In this document: positions 33,701-44,328 of the stretch, one piece after another
Position numbering within the stretch: the first letter of the stretch is position 1
Layout of the letters: each line of letters starts with the position of its first letter
Made by a program: the position numbers and the translations under genes
Source: an uncultured delta proteobacterium
GTDB lineage: Bacteria > Myxococcota_A > UBA9160 > UBA4427
Assembly: GCA_963822965.1 (NCBI GenBank)
Contig: CAWGJT010000005.1
Span: 96,001 to 160,000, forward strand
Direction: 5' to 3'
DNA: 64,000 nucleotides
The notes under the pieces: generated by a model
What the model saw: only the letters and a program-made list of their open reading frames with translations
What the model was told of the DNA's origin: nothing
The model's database searches: none

Positions 33701-34084
33701 ACCACGGGGCCGCAGCTGCTCGAGTACCTGCGGCCCGCCCTGGAGCGCGCGGGCGTCGTCTCGGCGCGAGCCCTGCGCGAGCTGCCGAACGGCCGCTTCG
33801 TCCGCGCGGCGGGCCACGTGATCGTGCGCCAGCGTCCGGGCTCGGGGAAGGTGTGCTTCGTCACGCTCGAGGACGAGACCGGCACGGCCAACGCCATCCT
33901 GATGCCCGACGTCTTCCGGAAGTACCGCGCCGTGCTCCACACCCATCCGGTGCTGCGCATCGACGGGCCGCTCCAGAACGTGGACGGCGTCGTCCACGTA
34001 CGGGCACGCCATCTCGAAGCGGTGGCCCTGCGGCCGCCTTCGGCCTCCGAAGCCCGGCTGCCGGAGGGCCGCAGCTACCGCTGA
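30734..34084 (+). CDS. dnaE2: Error-prone DNA polymerase DnaE2 (ImuC)
   Basis: SFSFLEGAS, GRGSAANSAVCY, PDIDLD, FQIESRAQ, YGFPESH, RQRPG and FVTLEDETG motifs; C-terminal GRSYR. Confidence 0.96.
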   Translation: MSTPLTRSERSAYVELRARSSFSFLEGASNPEDLATRAAELGFSALAVGDRDGVYGIPRFHQAAVQAGVRAIHGAEISLDVGPTRESGRPAGAHRFTAGERPPSAAGDRPPSAAGDRPPSAAGQRLPSLLLLAESPAGWRSLCRLLTRAHEGRAKDEARLDFEQLEEEARDLTVLVAADERLDPALLDRTLAVFGRAGRSDERVWVDVSRPLDRGSERAARRAVAIAEAAGVPIVATGDVRCARAEDRKLLDALTCLYWRTTLDAAGRRLLPNGEHYLRPPEQMAERFRDRPAWVRASRTIADRCAFTLANLGYRFPEYPVPPGETQASFLRKLTWIGARERYDRARGSLRRRVRAQLEHELAVIEKLDLSGYFLIVYDITRFALEERMLCQGRGSAANSAVCYALGITAVDPVGMELLFERFLSEERGEWPDIDLDLPSGDPRDRVIQYVFEKYGRHGAAMTANVITYRARMAVREMGKVLGLAPDAIDRLSKGLAQFSFGRDPGSFRRDDPESLPAALRESGVDPTAPRIALLLELVSRIQGLPRHLGQHSGGVVIAAGRLDEVVPIEPASMVDRRVVQWDKEDCADLGIIKIDLLGLGMLDALEKCIPLIERHEGRTIDLAQLPPDDPDTYAMIQRADTVGTFQIESRAQMATLPRMKPACFYDLVVEIAIIRPGPIVGEMVHPYLNRRAGREAVTYPHPSLEPILKRTLGVPIFQEQILRIAMEAAGFSGGEAEELRRAMGFKRSIARMQGIEDRLREGMQRKGLTPEAREAVHRYITAFALYGFPESHSASFALIAYASAYLKCHHPAAFLAGLLNAWPMGFYNPATLVKDAQRHGVEVRGIDVSGSEWLCTLEGRREDGRPPAVRIGLRFAAGLREQTAAALVAQRSRCPFRDVADLAGRVTFHRDELDTLAELGALASLLPDGSRRSSGGSRRDALWQVAALERDPRSLFAGRPAAGDTAASPLPPTTPLEDTLADYRLAGLTTGPQLLEYLRPALERAGVVSARALRELPNGRFVRAAGHVIVRQRPGSGKVCFVTLEDETGTANAILMPDVFRKYRAVLHTHPVLRIDGPLQNVDGVVHVRARHLEAVALRPPSASEARLPEGRSYR
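31018..31117 (+). repeat. In-frame 24-bp tandem repeat (4 units) inside the dnaE2 PHP domain
   Basis: CCGCCGGAGATCGCCCGCCTTCCG-like units encoding SAAGDRPP. Confidence 0.9.
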
Positions 34085-34138
34085 GCCGCTCCGCCGCTCT
34101 CCCGCGTGTAGCGCACTGGGATCGACTCGATTCCGTCG
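34083..34138. repeat. 56-bp direct repeat, degenerate copy of the P450 3' end (att-like, left)
   Basis: 50/56 identical to 52135-52190 by manual alignment. Confidence 0.85.
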
Positions 34139-34173
34139 GGCCTTCCGGGCGAGCCCGCATCCGGGCTCGGCCG

Positions 34174-35637
34174 TCAGCGCCCCCCGAGAGGCGCCACCTC
34201 GAACGCCTCGTCGTCGGGCTTCTCGGTGCGCTCGCGGAACCCGGTCATCGACCCCGGCCACTGGGTGACGACGCGGCCCGAGGGCGTGCGGTAGTAGCCG
34301 TTGCAGCCCGCCTGCCAGACCGAGACCCCGGCGATCGCGCGCTGCAGCTCCTCGTTGTAGCGCTCCATGGGCTCCGGGCGGACGTCGATCCAGGCGAGGT
34401 CCTCGTCGGCGATGCGCTGGATCTTGCGCAGCGTGTACTCCACCTGGCTCTCGATCATCGAGAGGATCGAGCCGTTGTTGGTGTTCGGCCCGTAGAGCAT
34501 GAAGAGGTTCGGAAAGCCCGCGGTGGTGATGCCGAGATAGGCGCAGGCGCCGTCGGACCAGGCCTCGTCGATGCGGCGCCCGCCGCGCCCGATCACCTCG
34601 ATCGCGGAGAGGTACTTCGTGGTGGCGAAGCCCGTGGCGTAGACGATCGTATCGACGCGGCGCTCGGCGCCGTCCGCCGTCACGATCGCGTCCCGCGTGA
34701 TGCGCGCGATCGGATCGGTCACCAGCTCGAGGTTCGGCCGGTTGAACGCGGGATAGAAGTCGTTGGACAAGAGCGGACGCTTGCAGCCGAGGGGATGGTC
34801 CGGCCGGAGCTTCTCGCGCAGCACCGGATCCTCGATCACCTCCATCGCGGCGAGCACCGACGCCTCCATCTCCGCGAGCGCCTTCGGATCGGAGAAGGTC
34901 ATGCCCGAGTCGACGCCGCGGTAGATCTCGTCGCGAACCGCGCGGATCAGGCTGGCATCCCTGCGAAAGCCGGCGAGCACATCCTCGGGGAAGGGGTCGT
35001 CCTGCTTCGGCATCACCCAGTTGGCCGTGCGCTGGAAGAGGTGCACCCGATCCGCCGTCTTCACGATCTCCGGGACGAGCTGCACCGCGCTGGCGGCGCT
35101 GCCGATCACGGCCACGCGCTCGCCCGCGAGCGAGTGGTCCCGGCGCCAGCGGGCGGAGTGGAAGGCAGTGCCGGCGAACTCGCCCCGGCCGGGGATGTCG
35201 GGCCAGACGAGGTCGTTGAACATGCCGATGGCGCCGACGACGACCTCGGCGCAGACCTCCTCACCCGACTCGAGCTCCAGGCTCCAGTGCGCGCCCGCCT
35301 CGTCCCAACGCGCCCGCCGGACGCCCGCGCCGAAGCGACAGTGCGGAAGGACGCCGTACTTCTCCGCGCAGCCCTCCATGTAGGCGAGGATCTCGGGCTG
35401 GGACGCGTAGGGCCGGCTCCAGTCGGGCTTCGGCTCGAACGAGAACGAGTAGAGGTGGGAGGGGATGTCGCAAGCGCAGCCCGGATAGCGGTTCCGGAGC
35501 CAGGTGCCGCCGACGGCCGCCTCGCGCTCGAGCACGACGAAGTCGCCGAAGCCGGCCTGGCGCAGGCGGATGGCCATGCACAGGCCGCCGGGGCCGGCTC
35601 CGACGATCGCGACACGGAGCGCGCGCGTCCCGCTCAT
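34174..35637 (-). CDS. Baeyer-Villiger-type flavin monooxygenase
   Basis: GAGPGG, GGTWLRNRYPGCACD, FAGTAFHSARW and ATGF motifs. Confidence 0.92.
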   Translation of the reverse strand: MSGTRALRVAIVGAGPGGLCMAIRLRQAGFGDFVVLEREAAVGGTWLRNRYPGCACDIPSHLYSFSFEPKPDWSRPYASQPEILAYMEGCAEKYGVLPHCRFGAGVRRARWDEAGAHWSLELESGEEVCAEVVVGAIGMFNDLVWPDIPGRGEFAGTAFHSARWRRDHSLAGERVAVIGSAASAVQLVPEIVKTADRVHLFQRTANWVMPKQDDPFPEDVLAGFRRDASLIRAVRDEIYRGVDSGMTFSDPKALAEMEASVLAAMEVIEDPVLREKLRPDHPLGCKRPLLSNDFYPAFNRPNLELVTDPIARITRDAIVTADGAERRVDTIVYATGFATTKYLSAIEVIGRGGRRIDEAWSDGACAYLGITTAGFPNLFMLYGPNTNNGSILSMIESQVEYTLRKIQRIADEDLAWIDVRPEPMERYNEELQRAIAGVSVWQAGCNGYYRTPSGRVVTQWPGSMTGFRERTEKPDDEAFEVAPLGGR

Positions 35638-35876
35638 TCCTCGTCCTCCTTCCGTTGGCCAGGGGCCTGCAGATTGAAGCATGATTGTCCCCACGCTGAC
35701 CACCGGGCGGGATCGGACGTGACCCACGATCGGCAGGCTGGATCGACTCTTCCCGGAACGCTCGCCGAGCTCACGTTCGTCGGGCGCCTCGCGGTCCTCC
35801 CCGCCGGGCGGCCGCCGGCCGGGGAGGGGTGTGGGAACATCCGGGTCTACCACCTCACGTGCATCGACGGAGCTGC

Positions 35877-36803
35877 ATGCGTATCGGAGTGATGGCGACC
35901 GGGCTCGGCGTGGACGATCTGGTCGAGACCGCTCGCGACCTCGAAGCGCGCGGCCTCGACACGGTCTGGCTGCCGGGCGTGCTGGGTCCCGACCCGATCG
36001 TCGTCGCCGCGCTGCTCGGGCGCGCCACGCGGCGCATCGAGATCGGCACTGCCGTGGTGCCGACGCCGCCGCGGCATCCCGTCGCCCTCGCCCAGCAGGC
36101 GCTCACCGCCGGCGTCGCCTGCGGCGGGCGCTTCACCCTCGGCATCGGGCTCTCGCATCCGATCGTGATCGAGGGGATGTACGGCCTCTCCAGCGCCCGA
36201 CCCGCCCGGCAGATGCGCGAGTACCTCGCCGTGCTGGCGCCGCTCCTGCGCGGCGAGCCGGCGAACCACGAGGGGGAGCTCCTGCGCGTGAACGTCTCCC
36301 TCGACGTGCCGGACGCTCCCCGGGTCCCCCTGCTGCTCGCAGCCCTCGGCGATCGCATGCTCGCCCTGGCGGGGCGGGAGTCCGCCGGGACGATCCTGTG
36401 GATGGCGGGCTTCCGAACCATCGCCGAGCACGTCGTGCCGAAGCTCCACCGCGCCGCGCGCGAGGCGGGACGCCCGGTGCCTCGCGTGGTCGCCGGCTTC
36501 CACGTCCTGCTCACGTCCGATCCGGGCCCGGCACGCGAGCGCCTCTCCCGATCGATGGAGAAGTACAAGCAGATGCCCAGCTACCGGGCAATGATGGAAC
36601 GCGAGGGCACCGACGCCTCCGAGGCGTTCGGCCTGATCGGAGACGAACGCGCGCTCGATACGGGCCTCGCACGCCTGCGCGACGCGGGGGTCACCGACCT
36701 GGAGGCCCTGATCCTGCGCACCGACGCGGAGACCCGGCTGCGAACCCTCGACTACCTCGCGAGCCGCTGTCGCGGGCGATCCGACGCGGAGACAGACGCG
36801 TGA
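35877..36803 (+). CDS. LLM-class (probably F420-dependent) oxidoreductase
   Basis: [32 protein letters not shown] and LAALG motifs. Confidence 0.85.
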   Translation: MRIGVMATGLGVDDLVETARDLEARGLDTVWLPGVLGPDPIVVAALLGRATRRIEIGTAVVPTPPRHPVALAQQALTAGVACGGRFTLGIGLSHPIVIEGMYGLSSARPARQMREYLAVLAPLLRGEPANHEGELLRVNVSLDVPDAPRVPLLLAALGDRMLALAGRESAGTILWMAGFRTIAEHVVPKLHRAAREAGRPVPRVVAGFHVLLTSDPGPARERLSRSMEKYKQMPSYRAMMEREGTDASEAFGLIGDERALDTGLARLRDAGVTDLEALILRTDAETRLRTLDYLASRCRGRSDAETDA

Positions 36804-39166
36804 AGCACGGGCTCTCGGGCGTACGCGTCATCGAGGTCGCGAACGACATCGCCGGCCCCTACTGCGGGAGGCTCTTCGCCGACGCCGGCGCCGACGTGAT
36901 CAAGCTCGAGCCGCCGGAGGGCGATCCCATGCGGCGCTGGTCGGCGACGGGCGGCGACCTCGGCGGCGGGGACTCCCCCCTCTTCCGCTACCTGAACGCC
37001 TCGAAGCGGAGCGTGGTGGGAGCCCTCGACGCACACGACGCGTTGCTCGCCGACGCCGACCTGCTGATCGAGGACGCCGGGCCGGGCGCGCTCGACCGCG
37101 CGGTATTGCGCGCGCACCATCCCCGCCTCGTGATCCTCTCGATCACGCCCTATGGGCTCACGGGTCCCCTCGCCGGGCGCGCCGCCACCGATTTCACCGT
37201 CCAGGCCGAAGGCGGCTCGCTCGGAGGGCGCATGCGCCCGGGAGGCGTGCCGTTCCAGGCGGGCGGCCGCATCGTCGAGTGGGCGGGCGGCTGCTTCGCG
37301 GCGGTGGCGGCACTGGCGGCGGTGCGCGGCGCGCGCGCGAGCGGCAGGGGCGAGCACGTCGACTTCTCGTTGCACGCGACGGCTGGGCTCGTCACCAACA
37401 CCTACCTCGACCTCATGTGGAGCATGCTCGGACGCCCCCCGATCGAGGGCGCCTTCCCCAGCGTCGAGACGCCCTCGATCCACCGCACGCGCGACGGCTG
37501 GATCGGCGTCACCGCCTACTCGGCGCAGCAGTTCTCCGACTTCCTCCTGCTGATCGGACGGCCCGACCTACGCGACTCCCACGAGTTCGACGAGATGCCC
37601 CAGCGCCTGGCGCGCCTGGAGGAGTTCGAGGCGATCGTCGAGGCCTACACCCGCGAGCGCAGCACCGCCGAGATCGTCGAGCTGGGCCAGATGCTGCGCG
37701 TGCCGGTAGCCCCCGTGAACGACGGGAGGAGCGTCCTCGAGCACGAGCAGCTCGTCGCGCGCGGCTCCTTCGTCGAGGATCCCTCGGGCGGATTCCGACG
37801 TCCCGCGCCGCCCTATCGAATCGACGGCGTGGCGCCCGGTCCACTCCGACCGGCGCCGCGCCTCGGCGAGCACGACGACCGGATCGAGGAGCGCCCGCGA
37901 CCCCGTCCCACGCCCGGCCACGCGCCGCGCCTCCCCCTCGAAGGCGTGCGCATCCTCGACGCCACGAACTGGTGGGCGGGCCCCCTCGCCACCCAGATGC
38001 TCGCCATGCTGGGCGCCGACGTCATCCACGTCGAGTCGACGAAGCGCATCGACGGCAGCCGCTCGGTGGGCGGCACCCTGAAGGCCCTCTACCCCGACTG
38101 GTGGGAGGCCTCCTTCATCTTCCTGTCGGCGAACTCGAACAAGCGCGGCCTCGCGCTCGACCTGGCCGACCCGCGCGGAATGGAGGTGTTCGAGAAGCTC
38201 GTCGCGCGCTCCGACGCCCTGGTCGAGAACTTCAGCCCGCGCGTGATGGACGGCTTCGGCCTCGACGAGAAGCGCGTGCACGAGCTGAACCCCGCCTGTC
38301 ACTACGTGCGCATGCCGGCCTTCGGCCTCGACGGCCCGTGGCGCGAGCACGTGGGCTTCGCCTCGACGATGGAGCAGATGGCCGGGCTCTCCTGGCTGAC
38401 CGGGCACGAGGACGACCAGCCGCGCATCCAGCGCGGGCCCTGCGACCCGATCGCGGGCATGCACGCCGCGTTCGCGCTGCTCGTGGCGCTCTTCGAGGGC
38501 GAGCACACCGGCCGCGGCCACTTCGTCGAGTGCGCGATGATCGAGGCGGCGCTCGCCGTCACCGCCGAGCAGGTGGCCGAGTACACGGCCTTCGGGAACG
38601 TCATGGAACGGACCGGAAACCGCAGCGCCCACGCCGCGCCCCAGGGCCTCTACGCGTGCCGAGGCCATCACCTCACCGAGACCCCCCGCTGGCTCGCGCT
38701 CTCGGTGGCGAGCGAGGCGCAGTGGGAGGCGCTGCTCGGCTGGCTCGGACGCCCCGCGGAGCTCGCACGGATCGACGGTGGCCTCGCCTCGCGCCACGCC
38801 CACCACGACGCGATCGACGCGGCGCTCTCCGCGTTCGTCGCCGACCGCGACCGCGAGCAGTGCATCGCCGCGCTCGAGGCGGCGGGCGTCCCCTGCGGCC
38901 GCGTCGTCGACATCCGCGGTCTCGCCGACCACCCCCAGCTTCGGGCCATCGGCTTCCACGAGCCCGTCGACCACCCCGTCGCCGGTCGCCGGCCCACGAT
39001 GGCCGCGCCCTTCCACTATGCGGGCGTCGAGCGCTGGCTCACGCGCGCGGCTCCGACGCTCGGCCAGCACGACGCCGAGATCCTGCGGGAGCTGGGCTAC
39101 GGCGAGGACGAGATCGCGGCACTCGCCGAGGCGAAGGTGATCGGCGAGCGCCCGGAGGGCGTCTAG
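36800..39166 (+). CDS. Double-domain CaiB/BaiF family III CoA-transferase
   Basis: Two tandem CaiB units ([39 protein letters not shown]). Confidence 0.92.
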   Translation: MKHGLSGVRVIEVANDIAGPYCGRLFADAGADVIKLEPPEGDPMRRWSATGGDLGGGDSPLFRYLNASKRSVVGALDAHDALLADADLLIEDAGPGALDRAVLRAHHPRLVILSITPYGLTGPLAGRAATDFTVQAEGGSLGGRMRPGGVPFQAGGRIVEWAGGCFAAVAALAAVRGARASGRGEHVDFSLHATAGLVTNTYLDLMWSMLGRPPIEGAFPSVETPSIHRTRDGWIGVTAYSAQQFSDFLLLIGRPDLRDSHEFDEMPQRLARLEEFEAIVEAYTRERSTAEIVELGQMLRVPVAPVNDGRSVLEHEQLVARGSFVEDPSGGFRRPAPPYRIDGVAPGPLRPAPRLGEHDDRIEERPRPRPTPGHAPRLPLEGVRILDATNWWAGPLATQMLAMLGADVIHVESTKRIDGSRSVGGTLKALYPDWWEASFIFLSANSNKRGLALDLADPRGMEVFEKLVARSDALVENFSPRVMDGFGLDEKRVHELNPACHYVRMPAFGLDGPWREHVGFASTMEQMAGLSWLTGHEDDQPRIQRGPCDPIAGMHAAFALLVALFEGEHTGRGHFVECAMIEAALAVTAEQVAEYTAFGNVMERTGNRSAHAAPQGLYACRGHHLTETPRWLALSVASEAQWEALLGWLGRPAELARIDGGLASRHAHHDAIDAALSAFVADRDREQCIAALEAAGVPCGRVVDIRGLADHPQLRAIGFHEPVDHPVAGRRPTMAAPFHYAGVERWLTRAAPTLGQHDAEILRELGYGEDEIAALAEAKVIGERPEGV

Positions 39167-39205
39167 GCACCGCGCGCGTCCGAGCGGCCCGACGGCCGCC
39201 CCGGG

Positions 39206-40290
39206 TCAGTCGAAGACGATCACCTGGCGCGCCGCCTCGCCCTTGCGCATGCGGTCGAGGCCGGCGTTCACCTCCTCGAGCGGGATGCGCGCGGAGATCA
39301 TCTCGTCGAGGAAGAGGCGGCCGTCGAGGTAGAACTCGACGTACCTCGGCATGTCGAAGCGAAAGCGGTTCGAGCCCATGAACGAGCCGGTGATCTTCTT
39401 CTCCTGGAGCACGAGGTCGGCGGGCATGAACTCGGCCATCTTGGGGATCGGCACGACGCCGACCAGACGGTCGTGCCGCCGCGGGCCGTCATGGCGATCG
39501 CCTGCTGCACGGTCGGCACGAGTCCGATGCACTCGAACACGAACTCTGCGCCGCCGTCGGTGAGCCCCTGCACGGCGGCCACCGGATCTCCGTCGCTGGC
39601 GTCGACGCACTCGTTGGCGCCGAGCTTGCGGGCGATGTCGAACTTCCAGGGCTGGGCGTCGACGGCGATGATCTTCCCGGCGCCGCGGATGCGCGCGCCC
39701 TGGAGCGCCGCGAGGCCGACGCCGCCGCAGCCGATGATCACCACCGAGTCGCCCGGACGGGATGTGCACGGTGTTGAGCGCCGCACCGATGCCGGTGGTG
39801 ACGCCGCAGCCGATGAGACGACGCGCGGTCCAGCGGCATGTCGTTCGCGGATCTTCACCAGCGACCGCTCGGGGCAGAGCATCTTCTCGGCGAAGGACGA
39901 GAGGTTCGCGAACTGGCCCATCGGCTCGCCGCCGGAGGTGAGCCGCGGCGTGCCGTCGAGGCGGGGAAGGAACTGGCTGGCGCAGAGGTAGGGACGTCCC
40001 TGCGTGCAGAACTTGCAGATGCCGCAGAAGGACGAGAGACAGCCGATCACGTGGTCGCCGGGTGCGAAGTCGGTGACGCCGGCGCCCACCTCCTCGACGA
40101 CGCCGGCCGGCTCGTGGCCGAGCACGCAGGGCGCCGGCACGGGAAGCCCTCCTTCGAGCACGGTGAGGTCGCTGTGGCAGATGCCCGAGGCGACGGTCTT
40201 GAGCAGCACCTCACCGGTCTTCGGAGAGTCGATGTCGATGTCCTCGATCTCGAGGGGCGCGTTGTTCGCGCGCATCACGGCGGCCTTCAT
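39206..40290 (-). CDS. Zn-dependent alcohol dehydrogenase (frameshifted)
   Basis: GICHSD, LGHEPAGVV, C..C.FC and GCGGVGL motifs; several shifts between 39465 and 39845. Confidence 0.9.
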
Positions 40291-40320
40291 GGGGATTCTC
40301 CTGGGTTGTGCAGAAGGAAG

Positions 40321-41517
40321 TCAGGAAGACGCACCGCCCTGCCACGGGCCGTCGGGCGCCTCCACTCCATAGAGCGCGGCGGCGTTGTCGAACAGCACCG
40401 CGCGGCGTACGTCCTCGGGCAGGTCCCCGAAGGCGGCGTCGATCTTGTCGCGCACCTCGTCGCCGTAGAGGCAGATGGGGTGGGGGTAGTCGGTCTCGAA
40501 GAGCACGCGGTCGGTCCCGATCGCGTCGAGAAGGTGGTTGGTGGCGAACTCCTCGAAGAAGGTACAGGCCCAGACCTGCTCGCGCAGGTACTCGCTCGGG
40601 CGCCGCGAGAAGTACGGCCGCTCGCGGGAGACGTTCGCGTACTCGTAGCCGTGGTCGAGCGCCTCCTTCACGAAGGGCAGCCAGCCGATTCCGCTCTCCA
40701 CGGAGACGAGGCGCAGCTTCGGGTTCCGCGGCAGGATCCCCGACATCACCACGTCCATCAGCTGGATCGCGTTGGAGAGCAGGATCGACATGGAGCCCGA
40801 GACGGTCGACGGCCCGATGCCGTGGGCCGCGAAGCGTCCTGGCGCCATCATCTGGTCCTGGAAGTCGCCGCTGCCGATGTGGAGGCTGATGGGCAGGTCC
40901 AGATCCTGGGCTGCGTTCCAGATCGGGTTCCAGTGCGGGTCGCCCAGGTAGGGCATGTCGTAGTCCTGGGGCGCGCTGGTGAAGAGGATGGCGCGGTGTC
41001 CCAGATCCTTGCAGCGCGCAATCTCGGCGACGGCGGCGGGGACGTCCCAGAAGGGCGTCGCCATCACCGGGACGAAGCGGCGCGGGTCCGGCGAGGTCCA
41101 CTCGATCAGCCAATCGTTGTAGGCGCGCACGCAGGCGAGCATCAGCTCCGGGTCGCCGAGGCCAAGGAAGGTCTCGCTGCCGAAGCCGCCGATGTTCGGG
41201 TAGAGGGCCATGGCCCAGGCGCCGATCTCGTCCATGTAGGCGAGGCGGGCCTTCGCGTCGTAGGCGGCGGGCGGGCACTCGTCGAGGTTCCTCGGCATCG
41301 CGGGGAAGGGATCCTTCCAGCCGGCGACCGCCGTCGCGCCGACGGGGATCTTCCGCTCGGCCTTGCCGAACCGCCAGACGTCGAGTCCATCGTCGGTGCG
41401 CACCATGCGCGGCGCGGCGTCGCGGAACTTCGCGGGCAGGCGTTCCGTCCAGACGTCGCCCGGCTCGGTGATGTGGGTGTCCGCGTCGATGAACCAGTCG
41501 GTGATCTTCACGGTCAT
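40321..41517 (-). CDS. Amidohydrolase_2 family protein
   Basis: DADTH, YNDW, LHIG, ESGIGW and FETDYPH motifs. Confidence 0.9.
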   Translation of the reverse strand: MTVKITDWFIDADTHITEPGDVWTERLPAKFRDAAPRMVRTDDGLDVWRFGKAERKIPVGATAVAGWKDPFPAMPRNLDECPPAAYDAKARLAYMDEIGAWAMALYPNIGGFGSETFLGLGDPELMLACVRAYNDWLIEWTSPDPRRFVPVMATPFWDVPAAVAEIARCKDLGHRAILFTSAPQDYDMPYLGDPHWNPIWNAAQDLDLPISLHIGSGDFQDQMMAPGRFAAHGIGPSTVSGSMSILLSNAIQLMDVVMSGILPRNPKLRLVSVESGIGWLPFVKEALDHGYEYANVSRERPYFSRRPSEYLREQVWACTFFEEFATNHLLDAIGTDRVLFETDYPHPICLYGDEVRDKIDAAFGDLPEDVRRAVLFDNAAALYGVEAPDGPWQGGASS

Positions 41518-41945
41518 GCCCCTCCATTCGCGACGCGGAAGCGAGGGATCGCGAGGTCGTCGCTCATGTCTTCCCACACCAGCTCCACCGCCGCGCCGAT
41601 CTCGAGCGTCTCGGGATCGGCACCGACCAGGTTCGAGATCATGCGCAGGCCTCCCGAGCCCTCCAGGGCGATCACGGCGATGATCGTCGGCAGCGGCTGG
41701 TTCGCCGCGATCGGACGATGGACGACCGTGTAGGTGTAGATCTCGCCGCGACCCGAGAGCTCCTGCCAGTCCGCCTCCTCCGAGCGGCACGCCGAGCAGA
41801 TCGGCGCCGGCGGGATGCGCGTCCGGCCGCACGCCGTGCAGCGCTGGGCGACGAGGCGGTGCTCGGACGCCGCCTGCCAGAAGGGCAAGGTGATGGCGTC
41901 CGCCGTCGGCGACGGCATCGTGTCGGGGAAGAATCGCTCGCCCAT
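41514..41945 (-). CDS. DUF35 Zn-ribbon/OB-fold protein
   Basis: PFW, QRCTACG..PP..C..C and SGRGEIYTYTV motifs. Confidence 0.9.
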   Translation of the reverse strand: MGERFFPDTMPSPTADAITLPFWQAASEHRLVAQRCTACGRTRIPPAPICSACRSEEADWQELSGRGEIYTYTVVHRPIAANQPLPTIIAVIALEGSGGLRMISNLVGADPETLEIGAAVELVWEDMSDDLAIPRFRVANGGA

Positions 41946-41947
41946 CC

Positions 41948-43174
41948 CTACTTCCTCCCGAGCAGCAGGGCGCTCGAGGGCACGCAGGCGCCGCTCGTCA
42001 CGAGGCACACCTCCGCTCCCTCTACCGGGCTCGTCGAGTCGCCGCGCAGGGCGCGCACGCCCTCGACCACGTGGTTCATGCCGTGGATGTAGGCCTCGGA
42101 GAGGCTGCCGCCGTGGGTGTTCGTGGGGAGGCTTCCGCCGTTCCACGAGAGGGCGCCGCTCTCGATGAACGGGCCGCCCTCGCCGCGCTTGCAGAAGCCG
42201 TAGTCCTCGATCTGCATCAGCACGCACCCGGTGAAGTGGTCGTAGATCTGGGCCACGTCGACGTCGGCGGGCGTGAGGCCGGCCTTCGCGTAGAGACGCT
42301 TCGCCATCGGCTCGCAGCCGCCCGTCGCGTAGTACTCGTCGGCGACGTTGGCGTTGGTGAAGGGCCCGAAGGCAAAGCCCTTCGGCGTCCCCTGCACGCT
42401 CGAGAGGATCTCGATCGGGTGGTCGCTGAGATCGCGGGCGCGCTCCTCGGTGGTGACCACCACCGCGCACGCGCCGTCGCTCTCGAGGCAGCAGTCGAAG
42501 AGGCGATGGGGGTCGGCGATCATCGGCGAGGCGAAGTAGTCGTCGAGGGTCATGGGCTTCTGGCCCATCACCGCGCGCGGGTTGCGGCTGGCGTGCTCGC
42601 GGAAGGTGACGGCGAGCTGGCCCAGGTGCTCGGGCTTCGTGCCGTAGAGGTGCATGTGGCGACGCGTCGGCAGGGCGTAGGCCGCGGCGGCCTGGATCAG
42701 CCCGAAGGGCATCGCGAAGCCCATCCACGCCATCATCAGCGAGGGGGCCGGGTTGACCGTCGGCTTCGGCGGCTCGGGCACGGGCGCGTTGGCGTCGAGG
42801 CCGCCCGTTCCGAAGCGGAAGAACTGTCCCTGGCAGAGCGAGCGGTAGACGACGACGACCTCGGCCTGCCCCGTCTCCACCGCCATCGCGGCATTTCCCA
42901 CGGCCGCGCAGCCGCCGCCTCCGCCGGGCATCCACACCATGTTGGCGAAGCGCAGCTCCGGGATGCCGAGCTCCGCCGCCAGGTAGATGGCTTCGTTGCG
43001 GTCCTCGGCGAAGGAGGCCATGCCGTCGATGTCGTCCACCGACAGGCCTGCGTCGGCGACGGCGCTCTGGATCGCCCGGAGCGCCAGCGCATGCTCGGTG
43101 ACGTCACCGATCCTCCCCCAGCGCGCGTACTGCGTCTCGCCGACGCCGACGATGTGTGCTCTCGATCGAGCCAT
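41948..43174 (-). CDS. SCP-x thiolase-like / Ltp2-type aldolase
   Basis: IVGVGET, DCCLESDGA, QIYDHFT and NTHGGSLSEAYIHGMN motifs. Confidence 0.9.
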   Translation of the reverse strand: MARSRAHIVGVGETQYARWGRIGDVTEHALALRAIQSAVADAGLSVDDIDGMASFAEDRNEAIYLAAELGIPELRFANMVWMPGGGGGCAAVGNAAMAVETGQAEVVVVYRSLCQGQFFRFGTGGLDANAPVPEPPKPTVNPAPSLMMAWMGFAMPFGLIQAAAAYALPTRRHMHLYGTKPEHLGQLAVTFREHASRNPRAVMGQKPMTLDDYFASPMIADPHRLFDCCLESDGACAVVVTTEERARDLSDHPIEILSSVQGTPKGFAFGPFTNANVADEYYATGGCEPMAKRLYAKAGLTPADVDVAQIYDHFTGCVLMQIEDYGFCKRGEGGPFIESGALSWNGGSLPTNTHGGSLSEAYIHGMNHVVEGVRALRGDSTSPVEGAEVCLVTSGACVPSSALLLGRK

Positions 43175-43188
43175 CTCTCGGTCTCTCC

Positions 43189-44322
43189 TCAGCGCGCGGG
43201 CAGACCCTCGGCTGCGATGCCGCGGCCGATGCGTTCCAGCTGGTGCTTCGCCGATCCCAGCTCGTGCTCGAGCTGGGTAGCCCAGGTGAAGTAGCGGTGT
43301 AGCGGGTAGTCGGTGTCGATGCCGATGCCGCCGTGGAGGTGTTGACAGGCATAGGCCGCGAACTGGCCGCCTTCGGCGGCCCAGAACTTCGCGACCGCGA
43401 CGGGGTCGCCGGCCTCCTTCCCCTCGGAGAGACGCCAGGCAGCCTCGTGGGCGCACAGGCGCATCGCCTCGACGGCGATGTAGGCGTCCGCCGCGCGTTG
43501 GTGCACGGCCTGGAAGCTGCCGATCGGACGGTCGAACTGGACGCGCTCGCGGCTGTAGGCGGCAGTCATCTCGAGGGCGCGCTCGGTCACGCCGAGCTGC
43601 ATCATGCAGCGCGCAGCCACGGCCCGTTCGACGATCCAGCGCAACGCCTCGGCGCCGCCCTGCGCCCCGACCAGCCGGTCCTCGGGCGCGACGCGCGCAT
43701 CGCGGAGGGTGAGCCGCCCATGGGGCTGGCCGTCGGAGGAACCCTGGGCCTCGAGCTCCACGCCCTCCCCGTCGGGCTCCACGTAGAACAGGCCCAGGCT
43801 CCCGTCGGGGAAGGTCGCGGGCACGAGGATCCAAGCAGCCTGGAGCGCGGCAGGAACGAGGATCTTCGTCCCCGTCAGCCGGAAACCCCTGCCGTCGGCG
43901 CGCACCGTCGTCGCGGGCTTCGCCGGGTCGTTCGAGGCGTCCTCGCTGAGCGCGGCCGTCACGATCCGCTCGCCGCGGGCGATGGCGGGCAGCCACTCCC
44001 GCTGCTGCGCAGCACTGCCGAACCGGGTGAGTGGCAGCGCGCCGAGCACGAGGGCGGGAAAGACCGGCACCGGGGCGACGGCGCGTCCCACCTCCTGGAG
44101 CAGGAGGCAGAGCGCGAGAAAGCCGAGCTCCGAGCCACCGTGGGCCTCGGGAATCGCGGTGCCCAGCAGGTTGCTCTGGGCGAGGGCCTTCCACAGCTCG
44201 GCGTCGAAGGGCGCGCCGGCGGCCTCGAGCTCCTTCTGGCGCTCGTTGGTGGCGTGATCCACGAGGATCTCGCGCGCCAGCTCTGCGACGGCTCGTTCGT
44301 CTTCCCGGAAGGAGAAGTCCAC
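43189..44322 (-). CDS. Acyl-CoA dehydrogenase, short partner subunit type
   Basis: MDFSF, RVQFDRPIGSFQAV and HLHGGIG motifs. Confidence 0.9.
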   Translation of the reverse strand: MDFSFREDERAVAELAREILVDHATNERQKELEAAGAPFDAELWKALAQSNLLGTAIPEAHGGSELGFLALCLLLQEVGRAVAPVPVFPALVLGALPLTRFGSAAQQREWLPAIARGERIVTAALSEDASNDPAKPATTVRADGRGFRLTGTKILVPAALQAAWILVPATFPDGSLGLFYVEPDGEGVELEAQGSSDGQPHGRLTLRDARVAPEDRLVGAQGGAEALRWIVERAVAARCMMQLGVTERALEMTAAYSRERVQFDRPIGSFQAVHQRAADAYIAVEAMRLCAHEAAWRLSEGKEAGDPVAVAKFWAAEGGQFAAYACQHLHGGIGIDTDYPLHRYFTWATQLEHELGSAKHQLERIGRGIAAEGLPAR

Positions 44323-44328
44323 GGATGA

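Noticed and set aside
30706..35892. Very long alternative-frame or antisense ORFs (1728 aa here; also 24319-27243 and the N-terminal part of 46014-50876)
   Set aside because: Shadow ORFs caused by high GC; Arg/Pro/Gly-rich with no motifs and overlapping well-supported genes.
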